Below, piece after piece: positions 1 to 9,085 of a stretch of 64,000 nt of DNA. Location of the stretch: assembly GCA_045541535.1 (NCBI GenBank), contig JAZQJG010000095.1, forward strand, positions 6,701 through 70,700. Direction: 5' to 3'. The stretch's first letter is position 1. Every line of letters starts with the position of its first letter. Origin of the DNA: Eubacteriales bacterium. GTDB taxonomy: Bacteria > Bacillota > Clostridia > Oscillospirales > QAKW01. Position numbers and translations under genes: made by a program. The notes under the pieces are model-generated. The model did no database searches, was not told the origin of the DNA, and worked only from the letters and a program-made list of their open reading frames with translations.

Positions 1-473
1 GTATCGGTCTGGCGCCCTTGAGAAGCGTCATCAACTACTGCCGTCATTACCGTGATCGGTACGGTAAGATCGACATTGTGTACGGCTCCCGCAGTAAGGA
101 TGATCTGGTGGATTATAACGAGATCATTGAGGAATGGTGCAAGGATGAGGGCATCAACGTTCATCTGACCATCGACCGTGAGCAGGAGGGCTGGGACGGC
201 CACGTGGGCTTTGTTCCCAACTTTGTAAAAGAGCTGGGCTTTGATACCCAAAAGGTGGCCATCATCTGCGGACCGCCCATTATGATCAAGTTTACCCTGG
301 CGGGCTTGCAGGAGCTGGGCTTTGACAAGACCCAGGTGTATACCACCATGGAGCTGAGAATGAAATGTGCCGTCGGCAAATGCGGCAGATGCAACATCGG
401 TCACAAATACGTCTGCAAGGACGGTCCGGTGTTCCGCTGTGACGAGCTGGACGAGTTGCCCGACGAGTATTAA
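1..473 (+). CDS. FAD/NAD(P)-binding oxidoreductase with C-terminal [2Fe-2S] motif (AsrB/FlxA/hydrogenase gamma-like), 5' truncated by the window edge
   Basis: Frame opens at the edge with (G)IGLAPLRS. It contains ICGPPIM and ELRMKCAVGKCGRCNIG...VCKDGPVF, typical of the PyrK/AsrB family. Confidence 0.85.
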   Translation, partial: IGLAPLRSVINYCRHYRDRYGKIDIVYGSRSKDDLVDYNEIIEEWCKDEGINVHLTIDREQEGWDGHVGFVPNFVKELGFDTQKVAIICGPPIMIKFTLAGLQELGFDKTQVYTTMELRMKCAVGKCGRCNIGHKYVCKDGPVFRCDELDELPDEY

Positions 474-487
474 GGAGGAGAATACCA

Positions 488-1162
488 ATGGATAAAATGG
501 TTAATATTTACCTGTTTGGTAAAAAATACGAGGTTCCCGATAGTCTCACGATTATGAATGCCATGGAATATGCCGGCTATCAGCTGGTGCGCGGCGTGGG
601 ATGCCGTTGCGGATTCTGTGGCGCCTGCGCTACCATCTACCGCATCAAAGGGGAGCAGGAGCTCAAGACCTGTCTGGCCTGTCAGACCAAGGTAGAGGAC
701 AATATGTATATTGCCACCCTGCCGTTCTTCCCCCTGGTGAAAAAGCCCTATGAGTTGGAAAACGTAAAGCCCACCGAGCAGATCATGATGCAGCTTTATC
801 CCGAGATCTACGCCTGTATCGGTTGTAACGCTTGTACCAAGGCCTGCACTCAGGAACTGAACGTTATGCAATATATTGCTTACGCTCAGCGGGGAGAGTA
901 TGAAAAGTGCGCCGAGGAGAGCTTTGACTGCGTTATGTGCGGAGTTTGCTCCTCCCGTTGTCCTGCCGGTATTACCCATCCCCAGGTAGGCTTGCTGGCC
1001 AGACGTTTGACCGGCAAGTATCTCGCTCCCGAAACCCAGCATCTGTTGGACCGTGTGGCGGAGATCGAAGAGGGCGGCTGTGAAGCAGATCTTCAGGACA
1101 TTATGAAGAAAACTGCAGAAGAGCTCAAAGAAATGTACAACAATCGTGATTTTGAGAAATAA
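488..1162 (+). CDS. Iron-sulfur subunit (2Fe-2S plus 2x4Fe-4S), succinate dehydrogenase/fumarate reductase B-like
   Basis: GCRCGFCGAC...C N-terminal cluster, then CIGCNACTKAC and CVMCGVCSSRCP. AGGAGG RBS. Confidence 0.85.
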   Translation: MDKMVNIYLFGKKYEVPDSLTIMNAMEYAGYQLVRGVGCRCGFCGACATIYRIKGEQELKTCLACQTKVEDNMYIATLPFFPLVKKPYELENVKPTEQIMMQLYPEIYACIGCNACTKACTQELNVMQYIAYAQRGEYEKCAEESFDCVMCGVCSSRCPAGITHPQVGLLARRLTGKYLAPETQHLLDRVAEIEEGGCEADLQDIMKKTAEELKEMYNNRDFEK

Positions 1163-1176
1163 GGAGGTGCAAAACA

Positions 1177-2796
1177 ATGTATACCAAAGAACAGTTGGAG
1201 TCTATTAAAAAAGTAGAAGCAACACGTGCCCAGCGTCTGGAACAGATTCTGGCCGGCAATCATCCCAGACGGATGACTGCCGATGAAAAGGATCAGGTTT
1301 TGCGCGAAAACCATCCTGACTATATCACCTCCCAGTTTGCAGAGCTGCAGATCGGTCCCAACAAGGGGGAAAAGGTGCCCCTGGAGTTGGCCGAGACTCT
1401 GCAGGCCAATCCCCGCATCAACCCCGAGGACGTTGATCTGTCCAAAATCGATTATGACGTGGACGTTTTGGTTATCGGTGGCGGCGGCGCCGGCTCTGCG
1501 GCGGCGATCATGGCCCACGAAAACGGCGCCAACGTAATGATCGTTACCAAGTTGCGCCACGGCGATGCCAACACCATGATGGCCGAGGGCGGTATTCAGG
1601 CGGCTGACAAGCCCAATGACAGCCCTGCCCAGCATTATCTTGACGTTATGGGCGGCGGTCACTTTAAAAACGTGCCCGAGCTGGTTTACAAGCTGGTAAA
1701 CGATGCTCCCGTTTGTATCAAGTGGCTCAACGACTTGGGCGTTATGTTTGACAAAGAGGCCGACGGTACCATGGTGACCACCCACGGCGGCGGTACCTCC
1801 AGAAAGCGTATGCACGCCTGTAAGGACTATTCCGGCGCCGAGATCATGCGTGTTTTGCGTGACGAGGTGCAAAACCGTGAGATTCCCGTGGTGGATTTCA
1901 CCTCTGCCATTGAAATCATCAAGGACGAAAACGGCAAGGCTGCCGGCGCCGTTTTGATGAATATGGAAACCAAAGAGCTTTTGGTGGCCCGTGCCAAAAC
2001 CGTGATCATCGCCACCGGTGGTGCAGGTCGTATGCACTATCAGGGATTCCCCACTTCCAACCACTATGGTGCAACCGCTGACGGTCTGGTAATGGCCTAC
2101 CGTGCCGGCGCGCCCTTGCTGTACGCTTATACTTTGCAGTATCATCCCACCGGCGCCGCTTATCCTTCCCAGATCTTTGGCGCGCTGGTTACCGAAAAGG
2201 TTCGTTCCGTCGGCGCTCAGCTCATTAACGCCGACGGTGAGGCCTTTATGTATCCCCTGGAGACCCGTGACGTTTGCGCCTCTACGGTTATCAGAGAGTG
2301 CCGCAAGGGTAAGGGCGTGGACACCTTTAACGGCGGTCAGGGCATCTGGCTGGACTCCCCGATGATCGAAATGCTTCACGGTGAGGGCACCATCGAAAAG
2401 AGAATTCCCCCTATGATGCGTATGTATCTGAAATACGGTATTGATATGCGTAAGCAGCCCATTTTGATCTATCCCACCCTGCACTATCAAAACGGTGGTA
2501 TCAAGATTGGCGAAAACGGTATGTCCGACGTTGAAAATCTTTTCGTTGCCGGTGAGGCCGTTGGTGGCATCCACGGCGAAAACCGCCTGATGGGTAACTC
2601 TTTGCTGGATATTATCGTATTCGGCAGAAATGCAGGTGTCAACGCCGCCGCCATTGCAAAGAACACCGAGGCCAGCGACAAGCTGACGCTCGCTCACGTT
2701 GACAGCTTTAAGAAGGAAATGGCAGAGGCCGGTATCAAGACCGACAAGGTATCTCCCAAGCTGATTCCCAATTATACCAAACAAAAAGATTTTTAA
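1177..2796 (+). CDS. Flavoprotein subunit, succinate dehydrogenase/fumarate reductase/L-aspartate oxidase family
   Basis: VIGGGGAG FAD motif, MMAEGGI, IIATGG, QYHPT, HYQNGG and HGENRLMGNSL. Confidence 0.9.
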   Translation: MYTKEQLESIKKVEATRAQRLEQILAGNHPRRMTADEKDQVLRENHPDYITSQFAELQIGPNKGEKVPLELAETLQANPRINPEDVDLSKIDYDVDVLVIGGGGAGSAAAIMAHENGANVMIVTKLRHGDANTMMAEGGIQAADKPNDSPAQHYLDVMGGGHFKNVPELVYKLVNDAPVCIKWLNDLGVMFDKEADGTMVTTHGGGTSRKRMHACKDYSGAEIMRVLRDEVQNREIPVVDFTSAIEIIKDENGKAAGAVLMNMETKELLVARAKTVIIATGGAGRMHYQGFPTSNHYGATADGLVMAYRAGAPLLYAYTLQYHPTGAAYPSQIFGALVTEKVRSVGAQLINADGEAFMYPLETRDVCASTVIRECRKGKGVDTFNGGQGIWLDSPMIEMLHGEGTIEKRIPPMMRMYLKYGIDMRKQPILIYPTLHYQNGGIKIGENGMSDVENLFVAGEAVGGIHGENRLMGNSLLDIIVFGRNAGVNAAAIAKNTEASDKLTLAHVDSFKKEMAEAGIKTDKVSPKLIPNYTKQKDF

Positions 2797-2856
2797 GGTA
2801 AGGTAAACGGGGCGGAAGCATTTCCGCCCCCTCACTATGAAAGAAGGTTAATAACA

Positions 2857-4119
2857 ATGACTTTATTCGGTGGGGTAATTCCCGTTACGGGAATCTCCTT
2901 TTTGCTGATGTGCATTTTTGCCATTCTGTTTGTTGGATATGCGCTGGGTCGTATCACCATCAAGGGTGTTTCTTTGGGAGATGCCGGTGTGTTTATCATT
3001 GCTTTGTTGTTCGGCGCCTTGTTCTTTGAGCCGCTGAATGCTCAACTGGTGGTCAAAAGCGGGGAGACCAGCGTACATTATATGGATCAGGCGTTGTCCA
3101 TTGTGGAAAGCCTGGGTCTGATTTTGTTCGTGACCTCCGTTGGCTTTATTGCCGGCCCTAAGTTTTTCGGCAACTTTAAAAAGAATTTTAAATCCTACGT
3201 GCTGCTGGGTCTGGTGATCATTATCGCCGGCGGTCTTGGCGCCGCGGCCTGTATCGGTTTGGGCGAGGTGTTCGGTTACGGTGCTTCCATCACCGAGCAG
3301 GACGGTTTCGTGGCCATGATCGTGGGTCTGTTGTCCGGCTCGCTGACCTCCACCCCTGCCTTTGCGGCGGCCAAGGATACCGTTGCGGCAGAGTTTGTGG
3401 ATCTGGTGAGCGTGGGTCACGGCATTGCCTATATCTTCGGCGTGATCGGTGTGGTGCTCTTCGTACAGTTGGTGCCCAAAATGATGAAGGCGGATATGGA
3501 TGCCGAGCGTGAAAAACTGGTCATCAAGGGCGAAGAAAACAAGGTGAAAAAGGTCGTTAAGCTGTTGCATCTGGACCATATGGGTATTGCCGCTTTTTCG
3601 TTGGCGGCCATCCTCGGTACCGTGGTGGGCAAGATCAAGATCCCGCTGAGCGCAGAGGGTCTGGACGGTACCTGCTTTTCCCTGACCACCACCGGCGGTT
3701 GTTTGCTGGTGGCGCTGATCATCGGTCATTTTGGCCGCTTCGGCAGAGTGAATATGATGCCTGAGCAGTCCACCCTCAAGCTCTTCCGTGAGTTGGGTCT
3801 GGTGCTCTTTCTGGTGGGCGCCGGTATCCCCGGTGGCGCAGAGTTTGTGGCAAACTTTGACCCGATGTACTTTGTGTACGGTATCATTATGACCATCGTT
3901 CCCATGATCATTGGTTTCATCTTTGCAAAATACGTGCTCAAGCTGAGTTTGCTCAACAATCTGGGTTCCATCACCGGCGGTATGACTTCCACCCCGGCGT
4001 TGGGTACTTTGATCAACGTGGCCAAAACCGAGGACGTGGCGGCGGCCTATGCCTCCACTTATCCCGTGGCGCTGATCGTCGTGGTACTGGTTTCCCAGTT
4101 TTTAATTATGATTTTCTAA
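2857..4119 (+). CDS. AspT/YidE/YbjL family transporter (dicarboxylate/amino-acid antiporter-like)
   Basis: Multi-TM protein with duplicated halves: GLILFVTSVG/GSLTSTPAF and GLVLFLVGAG/GGMTSTPALG, plus YASTYP. Confidence 0.85.
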   Translation: MTLFGGVIPVTGISFLLMCIFAILFVGYALGRITIKGVSLGDAGVFIIALLFGALFFEPLNAQLVVKSGETSVHYMDQALSIVESLGLILFVTSVGFIAGPKFFGNFKKNFKSYVLLGLVIIIAGGLGAAACIGLGEVFGYGASITEQDGFVAMIVGLLSGSLTSTPAFAAAKDTVAAEFVDLVSVGHGIAYIFGVIGVVLFVQLVPKMMKADMDAEREKLVIKGEENKVKKVVKLLHLDHMGIAAFSLAAILGTVVGKIKIPLSAEGLDGTCFSLTTTGGCLLVALIIGHFGRFGRVNMMPEQSTLKLFRELGLVLFLVGAGIPGGAEFVANFDPMYFVYGIIMTIVPMIIGFIFAKYVLKLSLLNNLGSITGGMTSTPALGTLINVAKTEDVAAAYASTYPVALIVVVLVSQFLIMIF

Positions 4120-4132
4120 GCTGAATATTTTG

Positions 4133-4168
4133 AAATCGCCGTGCAAGGCTTTGCACGGCGATTTTTTT
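4133..4168 (+). terminator. Rho-independent terminator after the transporter
   Basis: AAATCGCCGTGCAA-ggct-TTGCACGGCGATTT followed by a T run. Confidence 0.85.
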
Positions 4169-4186
4169 GTGCAAAAAAGGGGAATG

Positions 4187-4220
4187 AAATACCGAATTCA
4201 GAATTCTGAATTCGGTATTT
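4187..4220. repeat. Perfect 34-bp palindrome
   Basis: AAATACCGAATTCAGAATTCTGAATTCGGTATTT equals its own reverse complement and contains three GAATTC at 7-bp period. Confidence 0.9.
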
Positions 4221-4301
4221 TTTGGTTTTTGGCGCGATTGCGGTGGCGTCCACCCGGGTTGTTTGTGCTGTGTTGGGCGCCTTTGAGAGCTGACGGGAGT
4301 T

Positions 4302-4473
4302 GCAAAAGCGCCGAGTATGCCTGCCGGTGCTACCGGTGGGGGAAAGTGGTGAAAAAGGAGCGTTTTGTGGCGGAAATTTCCTGAAAACTGGGTAAAAGGG
4401 CGGGAGAATGGAGAAGAAGGGCGGTGGAATGGGGAGGCGCAAAAGCGCCGGGTATGCCTGCTGGTGCTACCGG
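4302..4473 (+). repeat. Pair of 35-bp direct repeats (4302-4336 and 4439-4473)
   Basis: GCAAAAGCGCCG(A/G)GTATGCCTGC(C/T)GGTGCTACCGG, 2 mismatches, 102 bp apart. Confidence 0.9.
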
Positions 4474-4478
4474 CAAAC

Positions 4479-4521
4479 GTCCCGAAAGTGTCCCACATTG
4501 GGGGAAGAGGTGTGGTAAAAT
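4479..4521 (+). promoter_or_regulatory. Putative activator-dependent promoter of the phage-like operon
   Basis: Extended -10 TGgTAAAAT (4513-4521) with no consensus -35. GTCCC is repeated at 4479 and 4490 (11-bp period) at or just upstream of the -35 position. Confidence 0.5.
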
Positions 4522-4565
4522 AGAATCACGATACGAAACGACTTGCGTATTTTGGAGGTGAGCAA

Positions 4566-4796
4566 ATGGCGAAAAAGCTGAAGACGTTGTTTCGGCAGAC
4601 CTTGGAGGAAGAGGTGAGTGTGGCGGAGGGGCAGAGAATGACCCGACGGGATGCCATCGTGCTGGCGGTGATTGAGAAAGCGATGAAGGGAGATCTGCCG
4701 TCGGTAAACTTTATTCAGGCGTTGACGGAAAAGAAGGAAGACAAGCGGCAAAAGGTGGGTGAAGAAGTAATTCACGTGCGAGTGATAAAGGAGTGA
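4566..4796 (+). CDS. Putative terminase small subunit (short, 76 aa)
   Basis: Directly upstream of TerL with a GGAGGTG RBS. The helical segment AIVLAVIEKAMKGD...FI and terminal beta strand (VIHVRVI) resemble the TerS oligomerisation region. Confidence 0.55.
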   Translation: MAKKLKTLFRQTLEEEVSVAEGQRMTRRDAIVLAVIEKAMKGDLPSVNFIQALTEKKEDKRQKVGEEVIHVRVIKE

Positions 4797-4802
4797 GGTC
4801 CG

Positions 4803-6164
4803 ATGGAGCTGGAGCTGACGCCCCGTCAGTGGGCGTTTGTAAACGCAAAGGCGGATGAGGTGCTGTTCGGCGGGGCGGCAGGCGGGGGCAAAAGCTATGG
4901 TCAGTTGGCCGATGCGTTGCTTTTTGCGCTGCAATATCCCGGCAGCAGGCAGTTGTTGCTCCGCAGGACCTATCCCGAACTGGAAAAAAGCCTGGTCAGG
5001 GGGATGCTGGAGTTGTACCCGAGAAATTTGTTCAGTTATAAGAAAAGCGAGCATACGGGGAAATTTTGCAACGGCAGTATCATCGACCTGGGATATTGCG
5101 ACCACGAAAACGACGTGTACAAGTATCAATCGGCGGAATACGACGTGATCCGCTTTGACGAGCTGACCCACTTTACCGAGCAGATGTACGTGTATCTGAT
5201 CTCCCGTTTGCGCGGGGCCAACGGTTATCCCAAGCAGGTAAAATCCTCCACCAATCCCGGTGGCTTGGGTCACGGATGGGTCAAGGCACGGTTTGTGGAC
5301 ATCGGCGAGCCTGACAAGGAATACGCCTTTACGGCCGGAAGCCGCATTTTTTTGCCTGCGGGCGTGCGGGATAACCGATTTTTGATGACCAAGGATCCCG
5401 ATTACGTGCGACGGTTGGAAAATTTGTCCGAGCAGGACAAGCGGGCGTTGTTGTACGGGGATTGGGATTTGTTTGAGGGGCAGTTTTTTGATCTCTGGCG
5501 GCGGGAGCAACACGTGATCAGCCCCTTTCCCGTGGAGGAAAGCTGGCGGAAATATTTCGTGATGGACTATGGGCTGGATATGCTGGCGGCTTATCTGGTG
5601 GCGGTGGATGAGAGGGGCGATGCCTACGTTTATAAAGAGTTGTACGAGGGCAAGGACAACGGTGGCGCCGGACATATCGTGTCCTCGGCGGCAGAGAGGA
5701 TCAAGGAATTTACCCGTGGTGAGCGGATCCATTGTTATCTGGCGCCGCCTGATCTGTGGAGCCGACAGAAGGACAGCGGGAAGAGCATGGCGACCCTGTT
5801 TGGAGAGGCGGGGGTGCGGCTGACCAAGGCGCCCAACGCCAGAGTGCCCGGCTGGATGCAACTGAAGGAATGGTTGCGGCCGGTATTGCGGGAGGAGGGG
5901 CAGGTGCGGCCGCGGCTCAGGATCTTTTCCACCTGTGTAAATCTGATCCGCACCCTGCCTGCGCTGTTGTGCGATCCCAAGGATCCGGGAGATTGTATGC
6001 GGGTGCCCCACGAATTGACCCACGGACCGGATGCCCTGCGGTATTTTGCGGCCAGTTCTCCCAAGCGCCCGGCGGGAGAGCGGCGGGCGCCTGTCTATAA
6101 TTTTGCCTGTGAGCGGCCCAAAAGCGGTGGCGTGGGGCCGGGAGAGCGGGTACGGGTGATATAA
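4803..6164 (+). CDS. Phage terminase large subunit
   Basis: Walker A FGGAAGGGKS, Walker B IRFDELTHF, coupling motif STNPG, nuclease motifs VMDYG and HGPDALRY. Confidence 0.93.
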   Translation: MELELTPRQWAFVNAKADEVLFGGAAGGGKSYGQLADALLFALQYPGSRQLLLRRTYPELEKSLVRGMLELYPRNLFSYKKSEHTGKFCNGSIIDLGYCDHENDVYKYQSAEYDVIRFDELTHFTEQMYVYLISRLRGANGYPKQVKSSTNPGGLGHGWVKARFVDIGEPDKEYAFTAGSRIFLPAGVRDNRFLMTKDPDYVRRLENLSEQDKRALLYGDWDLFEGQFFDLWRREQHVISPFPVEESWRKYFVMDYGLDMLAAYLVAVDERGDAYVYKELYEGKDNGGAGHIVSSAAERIKEFTRGERIHCYLAPPDLWSRQKDSGKSMATLFGEAGVRLTKAPNARVPGWMQLKEWLRPVLREEGQVRPRLRIFSTCVNLIRTLPALLCDPKDPGDCMRVPHELTHGPDALRYFAASSPKRPAGERRAPVYNFACERPKSGGVGPGERVRVI

Positions 6165-6185
6165 AAATAAGAAAGGAGAAAAGGA

Positions 6186-6386
6186 ATGAACGTTTTATGT
6201 CTGATATCCGGCGTGGTGCTGGGTGTGGTGATCTACCGTCTGGGACGGTGGGAGGGGGAGAAGGGAAAAGTCCTGTTTCCCCTTCGTCACCCTAAGAGAA
6301 GAGAAACGGCGGATACGGGGCTGTTGCGACAGATCGAACGCTATGACGGAAAAGGTGAGAAAGGAAGAGAAGGATGGACAAGGTGA
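6186..6386 (+). CDS. Small hypothetical membrane-anchored protein
   Basis: N-terminal hydrophobic helix and AAGGAG RBS. Lies between TerL and portal. Confidence 0.6.
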   Translation: MNVLCLISGVVLGVVIYRLGRWEGEKGKVLFPLRHPKRRETADTGLLRQIERYDGKGEKGREGWTR

Positions 6387-7870
6387 CGAAGATCTGGGCC
6401 CGATACGAGGGGGCGTTGCGTCGGCAGGAACAGTTGGGTCTGCGGGCGGATACCGATAGAGCCTGGCATTTTTACGAGGGGGACCAATGGTATGGATTGG
6501 AATCGGCAGAGCAGTTACCGGTGTACAATTTTATTGCCCCCACGGTGAAATATAAAGTGGCCAACATTGCCATGAATCATATGCAGATCTATTTTTCTCC
6601 CTTACATACCGGTGCCAGAGAAAAACAGTTGGCCGCAAGGCTGAATGCGCTGGCCGCAAGTTGGTGGGAGCAACAGGGGATGGACGGCATTTGCTGGCAG
6701 ATGCTACGGGAAAGCGCCGTGGCGGGAGAAAGCTATCTTTACGTTTACAACGAAAAGGGCGATTGTCAGGTGCTGGACAACGTGAACGTTTTTCTGGGAG
6801 ATGACACCCAGAGAGATCTGCAAAAGCAACCGTATATTATTTTATACGAGCGGCGTCCGGTGGAGCAGGTGCGCAGTCTGGCGCAGGCTGTGGGCGTGGA
6901 TGCGGAATCGGTGGCCAAAATCGTAAGCGATGCCGAGGAGCGGCAACCGGTGGGAACGGTGACGGGTGATATGACGGACGACGGCAAATGCAGTTGTCTG
7001 CTGTTTATGAAAAAGGAAAAAGAGGGCATCCGATTCGTGCGGTGCACCAAGTACGTGCAGTTGGGCGAGGAGCAGATGATCACGGGGCTGGAGCGGTATC
7101 CCTTGATTCAGCTGGTGACGGCGCCCCGCAAGGGCTCGGCTCACGGTAGGGGTGAGGTATTACCCCTGATCCAGAATCAGATTGAGGTCAACCGCAATCT
7201 GGCCAGACGGATCATTAACGCCAAGATGACCGCCTATTCCCGCCTGGTGTATGCCACCGACAAGATCGACAATCCCGAAGCTCTGGGAGAGGTGGGCAGT
7301 GCCATTGCCGTCAACGACAGCAGTATTGCCGACGTACAGGATGCGGTGGGATACGTGACACCTTCGCCCATGTCGGGGGATGCGAAAATTATCTGTGATG
7401 AAATGATTGCCACCACCCGTGAGCTGGCCGGCGCCGGCAACGCTCTGACCGGCAACATTGATCCCAACATGGCCAGTGGTGCCGCCATTATTGCGGTGCG
7501 GGATCAGGCCCAGTTGCCTCTCAATGAGAATCTGGCGGCATACCGGGTGTTTGTGGAAGAGGTGGCACGGGTGTGGCTGGCGCTGTGGATCTGTTATTTT
7601 CCCATAGTTTTCTGTGTAAACGAAGATAACTTTACAGCGTTGGAGCTCAAGGCTTTGCGGCCTTATATTCGGGTGGATGCCACCTCCGGCACCCCCTTTT
7701 CCAAATATGCCAGAGAGCAGAGCTTGGAAAAGCTGTTGGAGGCGGGGCACATCACGCTGGAGGAGTTTACAACGGCGCTGGATGACGATTCCACCATCCC
7801 CAAGGCCCAACTGTTGGCCTTGCTCAGGCAACGAAAGGAGAAGATGAATGAAACCATTGAACAAAACTGA
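6374..7870 (+). CDS. Phage portal protein (P22/podovirus-like)
   Basis: 498 aa after TerL, with FYEGDQW, YNFIAPTV, Q..VNR and SGAAI motifs characteristic of P22-type portals. Confidence 0.8.
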   Translation: MDKVTKIWARYEGALRRQEQLGLRADTDRAWHFYEGDQWYGLESAEQLPVYNFIAPTVKYKVANIAMNHMQIYFSPLHTGAREKQLAARLNALAASWWEQQGMDGICWQMLRESAVAGESYLYVYNEKGDCQVLDNVNVFLGDDTQRDLQKQPYIILYERRPVEQVRSLAQAVGVDAESVAKIVSDAEERQPVGTVTGDMTDDGKCSCLLFMKKEKEGIRFVRCTKYVQLGEEQMITGLERYPLIQLVTAPRKGSAHGRGEVLPLIQNQIEVNRNLARRIINAKMTAYSRLVYATDKIDNPEALGEVGSAIAVNDSSIADVQDAVGYVTPSPMSGDAKIICDEMIATTRELAGAGNALTGNIDPNMASGAAIIAVRDQAQLPLNENLAAYRVFVEEVARVWLALWICYFPIVFCVNEDNFTALELKALRPYIRVDATSGTPFSKYAREQSLEKLLEAGHITLEEFTTALDDDSTIPKAQLLALLRQRKEKMNETIEQN

Positions 7871-8330
7871 TTTTTCCTGGCACGCCGATCAGCCGGACGT
7901 GCCGAATATGAGTGCGGCGGGAATGAAGGCGTTTTTGGATGCACCCATTGAAAGGCTGATGGAAAAGGTCAACGAGATCATCGGCGGGGAGGATGAGCAA
8001 AGTCTGGCCCGTTTGTCTGCCGCTTTAACGGAGGCGAAAACGGCGCTGGCAAATTTGGAAACGGTACTCCGAGAGGATCTTGCCTCTAAAGCCAATGTAA
8101 GCGACGTAAACGACGGACTGATGTATCTGGAATACAGGCTGCAGGAAGAAAACCTTCTGCCGCTGACGGCATCGGTGGACGAGCTTCGTTTGGCACGGGA
8201 GGATCATGCCCGTGAAATCAGCGAGCTTTCTGCCAATAAACAAAATCGCTTGACCGCCGGCGAGGGGATCGCCATTGAAAACGGCGTGATTTCTCTGAGC
8301 GTGGCAAGTGCGGAAGGGGGTAGCTATTGA
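7848..8330 (+). CDS. Coiled-coil virion/fibre-associated protein
   Basis: Heptad-rich. The C-terminal KQNRLTAGEGIAIENGVIS motif is of the kind seen in phage fibre proteins. Confidence 0.5.
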   Translation: MKPLNKTDFSWHADQPDVPNMSAAGMKAFLDAPIERLMEKVNEIIGGEDEQSLARLSAALTEAKTALANLETVLREDLASKANVSDVNDGLMYLEYRLQEENLLPLTASVDELRLAREDHAREISELSANKQNRLTAGEGIAIENGVISLSVASAEGGSY

Positions 8331-9085
8331 TGGGCAAGGTATTGACCGATACCGCCTCCCTGACGGCGGTGGCAGATGCCATCCGTGAAAAGAGCGGCGG
8401 GGAGGAAGCGCTGGTATTTCCCGAGGGCTTTGTGGCGGCAGTGGCCGGAATTGTCGGTGACGATTATGAGGTGGGATATACAAACGGGTATGCCGAATGC
8501 AATGCCATATTTAATCAGATAGCAAATTTTAGTGATGTGTTTTATGGGGCAACATTCCCCGAAGGTGCGGAATTAGAACTTGATATATCAAGATTGAAAA
8601 GTGGGTCTTTTGGAAACACATTTAGAGATAGCACGGGGCTGAAAAGTGTCAAACTGTATGGTAATAATACCGTGGCGTTATCTTTCGGTTGTACCTTTTG
8701 GGCGTGTAATAAGCTGGAGTTGGTTGATCTGTCCGAATGCAATTTGGTGTTGGGCTCACAGCAGTACAACGCTTTTTATGGGTGTAATGCTTTGAGGGAA
8801 ATCAAAGGTGTTTTGGATTTTACCGACGTCATCAGCACCAATAGTCCTTTTCCGGCTTGTTATGCTTTGGAAACGGTGACGTTTGCGCCGAACAGCATTT
8901 ATATTTCTTTGAATATGAATACATGTTATTCGTTGAGTGATGCGTCTATTCAATCCATCATTGACGGCTTGGCAGATCTTACCGATGGAACGGCACAGGT
9001 GCTGAGTCTGCATACCGACGTGAAGGCGAAATTGACGGAAGCACAGCTTGGGGCAATTACCGCAAAGAATTGGAGCGTGGCGTGA
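8327..9085 (+). CDS. Putative fibre/receptor-binding protein with LRR/BspA-like repeats
   Basis: N-terminal LTAVADAIREK...L.FP.GF anchor-like motif, repeats TFRDSTGL/TFWACNKL/AFYGCNAL, and C-terminal ITAKNWSVA. Confidence 0.55.
   Translation: MMGKVLTDTASLTAVADAIREKSGGEEALVFPEGFVAAVAGIVGDDYEVGYTNGYAECNAIFNQIANFSDVFYGATFPEGAELELDISRLKSGSFGNTFRDSTGLKSVKLYGNNTVALSFGCTFWACNKLELVDLSECNLVLGSQQYNAFYGCNALREIKGVLDFTDVISTNSPFPACYALETVTFAPNSIYISLNMNTCYSLSDASIQSIIDGLADLTDGTAQVLSLHTDVKAKLTEAQLGAITAKNWSVA

Noticed and set aside
4302-4473. Possible CRISPR array from the 35-bp repeats
   Set aside because: Only two copies, a 102-bp spacer, and no cas genes in the window.
8327-9085. Diversity-generating retroelement target
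   Set aside because: No reverse transcriptase and no template/variable repeat pair was seen.
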